A stretch of 64,000 nt of DNA from Caldicoprobacterales bacterium. Its GTDB lineage: Bacteria > Bacillota > Clostridia > Caldicoprobacterales > UBA3941. The stretch is taken from NCBI GenBank assembly GCA_050949255.1, contig JBMNFJ010000016.1, positions 12,665 through 76,664 of the forward strand. The letters run 5' to 3'. Positions within the stretch are counted from its first letter, which is position 1. Every line of letters begins with the position of its first letter. Under the pieces are notes generated by a model. It did not search any database. It was not told the origin of the DNA and worked only from the letters and a program-made list of their open reading frames with translations. Of this stretch, positions 27,001-33,817 are shown in pieces. The position numbers and the translations under genes were made by a program.

Positions 27001-27847
27001 TGATTCCAGATGGAAATTATCCCTTTATGGTAAGGCGGATGCCATGGGCGTTGAAATTTTGCAGGATAGTTCTATAAAATCCGGGGATCTCCTATGGGAG
27101 ATAGGCGAAGAAGATGAGATATCCCTAAGGGATGAGGTTATAAATAGATTGAGCTGGAAGTATCCACATGACCAGGCCAGCAGGCTGCCTGTAAAGGTAT
27201 CGGTAACGGAATTAAAAAGGCATTTGGATACGGAATTTTCAGAGGAAATCCCCGCTATGTCTCTAGCAATGCCCACCCTTATAAGAAGACCGTCCTTTTT
27301 AGAGGAAGAGGCCAGGGGTCTGACATCCGCAGAATGGGGCAGCTTACTCCACTTTGTTTTACAGCATTTAGATTTTAAAAGGGCGACATCCGAAGATGCC
27401 ATAAGGGCTCAGATAGAAGATATGGTCAAAATTCAGCTCATTACCAAGGAACAGGCCCAGGTGGTTGATATCCTTAGGATAGGTAGATTCCTGCGTTCTC
27501 CCTTAGGAACCAGAATGCTAAAGGCAGAGAAAATCTTCAAGGAGGTTCCCTTCACCATTGAACTGCCCAGCATCAGGCTCTATCCCGAACTATCCGGATC
27601 GATCTGTGAAAACGATGGGATCATACTTCAGGGGATTGTGGATTGCTATTTTGAGGAACCGGAGGGGATTGTTCTTGTAGATTATAAGACGGATTATGTT
27701 GAACCTAAGGGAGGACTCGAAGCAATTCGTGACAGATATAAAGCCCAGATTGATTACTATGCCTATGCCTTGGAAGAAATCACGGATAAAAAGGTCATAG
27801 GTAGGTATATATATCTATTTTGGAATGGACAGATCTTGGAATTCTAA
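24038..27847 (+). CDS. addA: Helicase-nuclease AddAB, subunit A
   Basis: UvrD-type helicase motifs (AAAGAGKT, VDEYQDSN, SIHKSKGLEF) plus a C-terminal nuclease (GIVDCYF...VDYKTD). Overlaps the addB stop by 17 nt. Confidence 0.95.
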   Translation: MVVAGKIKWTREQLDAVRVKGSNLLVAAAAGAGKTAVLVERIIQRIMDPKDSVDIDRLLVVTFTNAAATEMKERIGDALSDALENDPESEVLQRQLALLNRASITTIHSFCLEVIKNNFHQLDIDPNFRIANETEGLLLKLEALEELFEDRYLQDEMDEDFLDLVESYSSNRDDKRLQDMVLGLYDFVQSHPWPEEWLHNHSRAFNIPYGTDLGNTPWGKELLESTRVEVMGLAESMAQAIDIIKGDPGLQPYLKNFVEEHSAIEAILKGFHEGWESVHDYVSKVDFKRLPRYGKDADKDKQEQVKKIRDNVKAGIKRIQDRLFAIEPDQVIRDLRSLYPRMKCLIDLVLELGERYQAKKRDKGLVDFNDLEHMCLEILLDEDENGERIPSEIALNLRERYEEVLVDEYQDSNLVQEVILSTISRKYDQRPNMFMVGDVKQSIYRFRQARPDLFLEKYFSYSLKPGSRDRKIQLFKNFRSRKSIIDGVNFIFSQIMSKNVGELDYDDEEALNLGAVFKEGAHGEPPEGEPIEFHIIDMKDDASPEDAEPYQNTSSDYGDLGEDDEDGEDGDEGARGEPLDIIQTEARIIARRILELVSPEGKGKPARIFDKAKGDYRKAEFRDIVILLRTTVNWADTFQEELSLQGIPVYSDSGTGYFKTIEVQTMLSLLQIIDNPMQDIPLLAVLRSPIESWSPEELIDVRLVDRESTFYEALVKKAQEGEDRLAQKARAFIDKLNRWRDISQYMSTDELIWYLYGETGYYSCVGALPGGVQRQANLRILFERARQYEETSYKGLFNFILYIDRLKTGQGDMGSAKILGENENVVRIMSIHKSKGLEFPIVFVAGCGKQFNLMDTTRNILFHHDLGLGPDYVDYDRRIIYSTLAKESLKHRITLETLSEEMRILYVALTRARERLIITGAVKDLRREVSRWADALAIEDLKLPEYETMRARRFLDWIGPAIIRHKDGLPLRQILDPEGMDTDRLIAHDSRWKLSLYGKADAMGVEILQDSSIKSGDLLWEIGEEDEISLRDEVINRLSWKYPHDQASRLPVKVSVTELKRHLDTEFSEEIPAMSLAMPTLIRRPSFLEEEARGLTSAEWGSLLHFVLQHLDFKRATSEDAIRAQIEDMVKIQLITKEQAQVVDILRIGRFLRSPLGTRMLKAEKIFKEVPFTIELPSIRLYPELSGSICENDGIILQGIVDCYFEEPEGIVLVDYKTDYVEPKGGLEAIRDRYKAQIDYYAYALEEITDKKVIGRYIYLFWNGQILEF

Positions 27848-27896
27848 TTAAGTTTAATCTCTAACTTATAAAAATAAAGAAGAAGGAGATGATAGG

Positions 27897-28751
27897 ATGT
27901 CAAGGTTTAGCATTGGTGTTATGGTGGATTCCTTTAGGTTACCCCTGGAGGAGGGTATAGCGAAGGCTAAAGAGGTGGGTGCTACCGGTATACAGATCTA
28001 TGCGACTTCAGGTGAAATGGCTCCGGAAAATCTTTCGCCGGCAAGAAGGAAGGAAATTCTGGACCTCATTAGATCCCATGGTCTGGTGGTCTCTGCCCTT
28101 TGTGGGGATCTAGGCGGGCATGGATTTGCCATAGCCGAGGACAACCCCGAAAGGATCAATAGATCTAAGATGATAATGGATCTGGCCAAAGATCTGGATA
28201 CCAAGGTCGTAACTACACACATCGGCGTAATTCCGGAAGATCCCAATCATCCCAGGTACAAGATCCTGCAGGATGCCTGCGAGGAATTGGGAGAATACGG
28301 TGATGAACTGGGGGCATATTTCGCTATAGAGACCGGTCCGGAGACAGCCGCTGTCCTTAAAGACTTCTTGGATTCCCTTAGGAGCAGGGGTGTGAGGGTT
28401 AACTTTGATCCTGCCAACTTTGTTATGGTGACAGGGGATGATCCGGTTAAGGGTGTATATACTTTGAAGGACTACATAGTTCATACCCATGCCAAGGATG
28501 GTATTATGAAACAAAAGAGTGATCCGGAAAGGATTTATACATTCTTTGCAGAGGGCGGTATAGAGGATCTTCGTTTGGAGGATTATTTCCTGGAGACACC
28601 CCTTGGTGAAGGGCATGTAGACTTCCCCAATTGGTTAAAAGCATTGGAGGACATAGGATACAATGGATTTTTAACCATTGAAAGAGAAGTGGGAAAAAAT
28701 CCCGAGCAGGATATAAGAGAGGCCGTAAGGTTCTTAAAAGGGCTAATATAA
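27897..28751 (+). CDS. Sugar phosphate isomerase/epimerase (xylose-isomerase-like TIM barrel)
   Basis: 284 aa with the AP-endonuclease-2/xylose-isomerase-like TIM pattern (VVTTHIG, AIETGPE, NFDPANF, HAKD). RBS GAAGGAG. No terminator after addA. Confidence 0.7.
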   Translation: MSRFSIGVMVDSFRLPLEEGIAKAKEVGATGIQIYATSGEMAPENLSPARRKEILDLIRSHGLVVSALCGDLGGHGFAIAEDNPERINRSKMIMDLAKDLDTKVVTTHIGVIPEDPNHPRYKILQDACEELGEYGDELGAYFAIETGPETAAVLKDFLDSLRSRGVRVNFDPANFVMVTGDDPVKGVYTLKDYIVHTHAKDGIMKQKSDPERIYTFFAEGGIEDLRLEDYFLETPLGEGHVDFPNWLKALEDIGYNGFLTIEREVGKNPEQDIREAVRFLKGLI

Positions 28752-28765
28752 GAATTGTATGATTC

Positions 28766-28806
28766 AGAAAGAAAGATCCTAGTTTATGGGATCTTTCTTT
28801 TTTATT
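28766..28806. terminator. Bidirectional rho-independent terminator between convergent genes
   Basis: AGAAAGAAAGATCC-loop-GGATCTTTCTTT, flanked by an A-run and a T-run. It overlaps the last codons of the minus-strand gene. Confidence 0.8.
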
Positions 28807-29519
28807 TTAAATATACCCCTCACCAGGCAATCCCTGGAGTTTTTCCAAGGTTCATTTGTATATTCATAGTTAAATTTTTTTATAAACCATTTCAAATCTT
28901 CATTTAGCCGCTTCATACTCTGAATTTGGACATAGAAACTGGTATCCAGGAAATTTTTGAGTTCTTTACCCTCCAAAATATTTGGAGCCATTTCGGTGGT
29001 TGAATAAAAGTGTTTGAGGCAAAATCCCTGACTATTATAGTACAAAGCCCTAAAATGAAGATCTTCCCCCCAAAGCTGTATCAAGGTAGCCATATAATCC
29101 GACTCCTTTTCATCCAAATGGGTACACAGAGCACATCTATTAGCTGGCGGTTCCTCATATGTTTTTACAGGAGCCGCAGATAAGAATCTTTCAAGAAGCT
29201 TTTGAAGAGGGCCTTTTTTATCAGGGATAGGGTAACTTTTTATACTTGTGGACTCCAAATCAGCCATTTCATAGGTGATTAGCTGATTTAGTAACAGGGC
29301 CAGGCCAAATTTATCCCTATACTCCATTAAACAAGCGAAATGACTATCACAAAAGGAATTACTCCGCAGATGCTGTATGAAGTCTTTATCAGTTGTCATA
29401 TTGCGAAACATACTGGAGATATAGGATCTTTGGGTTTCTTCCAATATCTCGCAAAAAGGGCATTCGGATCTTGATTCGATTCTGTCCCATAACGGAAAGG
29501 TGTGTATTTGCTGCTTCAT
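28779..29519 (-). CDS. Uncharacterised cysteine-rich protein with a duplicated CxxC...CxxH module
   Basis: Start CAT 29517-29519 with GGAGG 7 nt upstream on the minus strand. CPFC-x33-CDSH and CALC-x34-CLKH were seen in the translation. I recognise no family. Confidence 0.6.
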   Translation of the reverse strand: MKQQIHTFPLWDRIESRSECPFCEILEETQRSYISSMFRNMTTDKDFIQHLRSNSFCDSHFACLMEYRDKFGLALLLNQLITYEMADLESTSIKSYPIPDKKGPLQKLLERFLSAAPVKTYEEPPANRCALCTHLDEKESDYMATLIQLWGEDLHFRALYYNSQGFCLKHFYSTTEMAPNILEGKELKNFLDTSFYVQIQSMKRLNEDLKWFIKKFNYEYTNEPWKNSRDCLVRGIFKIKKKDPIN

Positions 29520-29654
29520 TGTAATCCTCCTAAAACTTCTACTCTCCCTATCATTTTCTTCTACTGTCAACATATTATACATAGTAAAATCATTGCTATA
29601 TAGCAGTTCTGACTATGTAATATGAAAAGTGTCACCTTATTTATGAAAAAAGTG

Positions 29655-29683
29655 TTGACTTTAACAAAAAAAGGATTTATAAT
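29655..29683 (+). promoter_or_regulatory. Near-consensus sigma-A promoter
   Basis: TTGACT (29655-29660), 17-nt spacer, TATAAT (29678-29683). Confidence 0.7.
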
Positions 29684-29687
29684 TGTT

Positions 29688-29703
29688 ATGAAACCGGTTT
29701 CAT
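29688..29703. promoter_or_regulatory. Perfect 16-bp palindrome ATGAAACCGGTTTCAT; LacI-family operator and/or cre site
   Basis: It lies 5 nt downstream of the -10. The inner 14-mer TGAAACCGGTTTCA satisfies the cre consensus TGWAANCGNTNWCA at every position. Confidence 0.65.
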
Positions 29704-30112
29704 ATGCTTGATAAGTAACATCTCAACTTCTTATTTCATCCAATCGGCATAGAATATATTAACCGAATTTTAATTTTCACACATTTTAAGCGACCGAACT
29801 GTTTATTAAGACGAGATAGTCAGATTAATCTATAGGACACATATGTTAGGTAAAAGACCTGGCATTGTAAAGTCGGTTAACCCATCTGATTTAGTGCTAG
29901 ACCAATGCATTGTTGACAACATATAAATCAATACATATTTAACGACATTAAAGCAATGTTCCAATCTACATTCATACTATGGCATTATTAACCAGCTCAA
30001 GAAGTAAAACTGCACTGGTAATATCAATTCCTATCGACTTCAAGCCCCTATCTTTAACTTCGTTGGAAGACACCAATTAAGGGTAGTTAAATTCTAGGGA
30101 AGGAGAATTCAT

Positions 30113-31099
30113 ATGGAAGTCAAAGCGGCAAAGGTCAAAGCTGCTACCATCGATCAGAAAATCTCTCATAGAAAGCAGAAAAGCCAGTCATCTTTTCTTA
30201 AAAAGGTAAAGAAAAACAAAACTCTTTTATTGATGACCCTTCCGGTGATAATTTTCTTCTTTATATTCAGCTATCTGCCAATGCCTGGGATTTATTTGGC
30301 CTTCATAAAATATAATTATGGCGACGGAATTCTAAAAAGCCCCTTTGTGGGATTTGAGAACTTTAGATTTCTAGCACGATCCGGACAACTGGCAACAATT
30401 ACTATTAACACCGTCCTATATAATATTGCCTTCATTTTATTGGGAAATAGCCTGCAAATCCTTGTTGCGGTATTACTGAACGAAGTAAATAGCAATAAAT
30501 TCAAGAAAGTAACCCAAACTATCATGTTTTTACCCTATTTTATATCTGCTGTTATTGTAGGTCTTTTGGTTTATAACATTTTAAATTATGACTATGGCTA
30601 TTTGAATGCAGTATTGAAAAATCTCAATATGGAGCCGGTATCAGCTTATTCTACCCCTGGTGCCTGGCCTTTTATCATTGTTTTGACAAACCTATGGCAA
30701 GGGGTTGGCTATGGTTCAATCGTATATTTTGCACAAATCACCAGCATAGATGCAGAGATGATTGAATCTGCTGAAATAGATGGTGTCAATGCCTTTCAAA
30801 AGATCAGATATGTTATTTTACCCATGTTAAAGCCAACCTTTGTAATATTGCTCCTCTTCTCCCTAGGCGGCGTTTTAAAGGGGAATTTTGGACTGTTCTA
30901 CAATCTGGTAGGCAACAATTCTGTACTGCTGCCAACGACGGATATAATTGAAACCTTTACTTTTAGGGCGCTCATGATTAATTTTAATTTTTCTCAAAGT
31001 TCAGCGGTCAGTTTGTATCAATCCGTGTTTGGTTTTGTATTGGTACTGTTTTGTAACTGGCTGGTAAGAAGAATTGAACCCGACTATTCATTATTCTAG
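30113..31099 (+). CDS. Sugar ABC transporter permease (LplB/polysaccharide-type)
   Basis: Multi-pass membrane protein with the long basic N-terminus typical of LplB-type permeases. RBS GAAGGAG. Confidence 0.85.
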   Translation: MEVKAAKVKAATIDQKISHRKQKSQSSFLKKVKKNKTLLLMTLPVIIFFFIFSYLPMPGIYLAFIKYNYGDGILKSPFVGFENFRFLARSGQLATITINTVLYNIAFILLGNSLQILVAVLLNEVNSNKFKKVTQTIMFLPYFISAVIVGLLVYNILNYDYGYLNAVLKNLNMEPVSAYSTPGAWPFIIVLTNLWQGVGYGSIVYFAQITSIDAEMIESAEIDGVNAFQKIRYVILPMLKPTFVILLLFSLGGVLKGNFGLFYNLVGNNSVLLPTTDIIETFTFRALMINFNFSQSSAVSLYQSVFGFVLVLFCNWLVRRIEPDYSLF

Positions 31100-31115
31100 A
31101 AAGAGGGTAAATAAT

Positions 31116-32015
31116 ATGGCTAGAGCTAGCATAAAACAGGATGCATCGTCTTACTTTGTCAAGGGTTTTGCCTACATTTTTATATCCTTTTTGGCTATAT
31201 CATGCTTAATTCCTTTTTTGCTGATGATAGGGACATCATTTACCAACGAAAATACCATAAGGGAGTTTGGATTTAATATCTGGCCCAAAAAGTTCGATCT
31301 CCTTGCATACAGGTTGGTGTTTGAAAACCCGGATCTGGTTATCGGATCCTATTTGGTGACAATAGTCATGACAATATGTGGTACCGCCCTTGGCCTATTT
31401 CTTATAACTATGACGGGTTATGCCCTTCAAAGGCCCGATTTTGAATTCAGAAACCAGATATCCTTTTATATATATTTTACAACCTTGTTCTCCGGGGGCT
31501 TGGTTCCCTTTTATCTTCTCATAGTAAAGGTATTGGGGCTTAAAAACAACTATCTGGCAGTTTTCCTGCCGGGTCTTATGTCACCTTGGCTGATAATACT
31601 AATGAAGAACTTTACCAAATCCATTCCCTTTGCCATAACCGAATCTGCCAAGATAGACGGAGCCAACGACTTTAGAATATTTCTGAATATAATCCTGCCT
31701 ATGTCAAAACCTGCCTTGGCAACTGTAGGACTGTTTCTTGCCCTGTCTTATTGGAATGAATGGTACAATTCCATGCTGTTTTTAGAAGCCAACGTAAAAT
31801 ACAGACCCCTGCAACTGTTTCTTTATAATGTGGTCAACAAAGCAGAATACATAAGAAATTCAGCTGCCAGTTCCAATATACCACCAATAGATGTTCCTCA
31901 GGAGTCAATGAAGATGGCCACTGCTATAGTAGCCATAGGGCCTATAATGCTGGTCTACCCCTTTATTCAGAAGTATTTTATTAAAGGGATAACAATAGGT
32001 GCGGTCAAAGGATGA
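31116..32015 (+). CDS. Sugar ABC transporter permease (LplC-type)
   Basis: ATG 31116 follows AGAGGG. Carries the EAA-like loop ESAKIDGANDFRIF. The ORF-track start at 31074 overlaps the upstream gene and lacks an RBS. Confidence 0.85.
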   Translation: MARASIKQDASSYFVKGFAYIFISFLAISCLIPFLLMIGTSFTNENTIREFGFNIWPKKFDLLAYRLVFENPDLVIGSYLVTIVMTICGTALGLFLITMTGYALQRPDFEFRNQISFYIYFTTLFSGGLVPFYLLIVKVLGLKNNYLAVFLPGLMSPWLIILMKNFTKSIPFAITESAKIDGANDFRIFLNIILPMSKPALATVGLFLALSYWNEWYNSMLFLEANVKYRPLQLFLYNVVNKAEYIRNSAASSNIPPIDVPQESMKMATAIVAIGPIMLVYPFIQKYFIKGITIGAVKG

Positions 32016-32080
32016 TACTTTGCATAAGACCCCTGGTGTAGGGTTTTATAGAAAAGCATAAAATAAAGGAGGTTATTAGA

Positions 32081-33703
32081 TTGGGTAAACTAAAGGGCAT
32101 TATTGCTATGCTGCTTGTCATGTTGCTGGCTCTATCCGTCATTACTGCCTGTGGTCAGAAACCCAGCGAAGAAGCGGATAAACAGTCAGACCAAGAGGTA
32201 GAGGTAGAGGATAAGGACAAGGAAGATGACAAAGAGGATGCTCCGGAACAGGAGGAAGATTTAGACATCGATACATCCAAATTTGTTGAAGTGGTTTGGT
32301 ATCATCTGGGAGATCCACCAACCAATGATCAGCTAAATTTAGCTGCTGAGGAGTGGAACAAGATACTGGAGGAAAAGGTCAATGCCCACTTGAAGATAAA
32401 CTTTATCGAATGGGCGGATTATCTGACAAAGTATAATTTGATGTTAGCGTCAAGAGAAGTATTGGACATGATCAACACCGCGTCTGACTGGCTGGATATG
32501 TGGCCTAATGCTGCAAAAGGAGCCTTTATGGATATAACAGACCTATTGCCCAAGTATGCGCCACAGACATGGTCTGAGGTACCGGAAGAGCATTGGGACC
32601 AATGCAAATTCAATGGTAGGATAATCACAATACCTGAGGATCAATACACACAGTGGGTAAACCATGGATTCTATTATCGTGGTGATTGGGCCAGGGAGTT
32701 CGGTATTACTGAACCCATTCGCCATTGGGATACCCTGGGTGAGTACCTACAAAAGGTTAAAGACGTGAAGGGTGTTATCCCCTACGATGTAGCAGGAAGC
32801 AAGGCCAATGAAATCCTTGACTACTGGATGGCTGCGTATACAGATTCAATTTGTTTGGAGATCCCGGGAAACATCTTTTATTCCAAGTCCTATGATGATC
32901 TCTATACAGTGTATTCCCCCATATTTGACGACACTATGGTAGAAATGGCCAAAAAGATGAAGGAATGGGGAGATGCAGGCTATTGGAGGAATGATGTATT
33001 AAACTACACCGGGGATACCCGTGAGGCCCTTAAAGCAGGTCAAACCGGTTTAGACGGACACCACACCCAAACATATGCAAGCTTAAGGGTGGATATGGAT
33101 GAGAAACAACCCGGATCCGATCTGCAGATGTTTCCAATGCATCTACAGGGTGGCAAAAATCTTATAGAAATGTCTATAACCCATGGTGCCCAATCTGTAG
33201 CAGCATCTTCGGAAAACCCCGAGAGAGCTCTGATGGTTTATGATCTTATGAGAAACGATGAAACCCTATATAGGCTTCTTAACTTTGGGAGAGAGGGTGT
33301 AAACTACGAAATTGTAGATGGAAAACGAACAAGACCCGCTAATTTTGATGAGACTGAGCATAGCTTCTATTCTAACTTCTGGGGCGGCCGTATGGATAAA
33401 TTTGAAATGGCCCTTCCTTCGGACAGGGTATATGATAAGATTGGAGATCTATATGCTATATACGATCAATACAAGAAACCGTATCCCTATGCAGGGTTTG
33501 TATTTGACAAGACACCCGTGGAAACCGAGCTTGCAGCATTAAACGATGTCAAATCAAGGCATCAGGGACCAATAGCCTTTGGTAAGGCGGGTGATCCTGT
33601 AGCTGCCGTTGAAAAATTCCGAGAGGAATTGATGAGTGCCGGCTACGATATAGTGCTTGCAGAGGTTCAAAGACAGATTGACGAATGGAAGGCATCAAGA
33701 TAA
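32081..33703 (+). CDS. Extracellular solute-binding lipoprotein (LplA-type, ~540 aa)
   Basis: TTG start after AAAGGAGG. Signal peptide ends in the lipobox VITAC. An acidic D/E-rich tether is followed by a large SBP domain. Confidence 0.85.
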   Translation: MGKLKGIIAMLLVMLLALSVITACGQKPSEEADKQSDQEVEVEDKDKEDDKEDAPEQEEDLDIDTSKFVEVVWYHLGDPPTNDQLNLAAEEWNKILEEKVNAHLKINFIEWADYLTKYNLMLASREVLDMINTASDWLDMWPNAAKGAFMDITDLLPKYAPQTWSEVPEEHWDQCKFNGRIITIPEDQYTQWVNHGFYYRGDWAREFGITEPIRHWDTLGEYLQKVKDVKGVIPYDVAGSKANEILDYWMAAYTDSICLEIPGNIFYSKSYDDLYTVYSPIFDDTMVEMAKKMKEWGDAGYWRNDVLNYTGDTREALKAGQTGLDGHHTQTYASLRVDMDEKQPGSDLQMFPMHLQGGKNLIEMSITHGAQSVAASSENPERALMVYDLMRNDETLYRLLNFGREGVNYEIVDGKRTRPANFDETEHSFYSNFWGGRMDKFEMALPSDRVYDKIGDLYAIYDQYKKPYPYAGFVFDKTPVETELAALNDVKSRHQGPIAFGKAGDPVAAVEKFREELMSAGYDIVLAEVQRQIDEWKASR

Positions 33704-33732
33704 TTTAATAAGAATTGAGTATATAGGCTCTT

Positions 33733-33760
33733 GGGCTGCCTATCCCGGCAGCCCTTTTTT
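33733..33760 (+). terminator. Intra-operon terminator/attenuator after the binding-protein gene
   Basis: GGGCTGCC-tatccc-GGCAGCCC followed by TTTTTT, 58 nt before the GH2 start. Confidence 0.8.
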
Positions 33761-33817
33761 ACGAAACCGGATTATACACCTATTTTCGAAGAGGATGAAT
33801 TGCGTAGGAGGGAAGCC

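Noticed and set aside
28110-28616. 168-aa ORF on the minus strand. The same applies to other long antisense ORFs: 56510-57025, 19329-19793, 19139-19546, 17184-17603, 2829-3209 and 27025-27402.
   Set aside because: Each lies entirely antisense to a gene with strong family signatures. None has an RBS, and their composition is low-complexity (Ser/Pro/Leu/Ile-rich). They are typical shadow ORFs.
29622-29711. Small ORFs in AT-rich spacers: 29 codons at 29622, 27 codons at 29843, and 46 codons at 44290.
   Set aside because: None has an RBS. They overlap promoter and operator elements, and such ORFs are expected by chance in AT-rich DNA.
33731-33817. Longer N-terminal extensions given in the ORF track: GH2 from 33731, pgi from 48352, eda from 2785, oxidoreductase to 10549, cysteine-rich protein to 29582, rhaB from 60014, permease from 31074.
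   Set aside because: The extensions lack RBSs and overlap terminators, promoters or upstream genes. They add residues with no family homology, and internal starts with GGAGG-type RBSs fit better.
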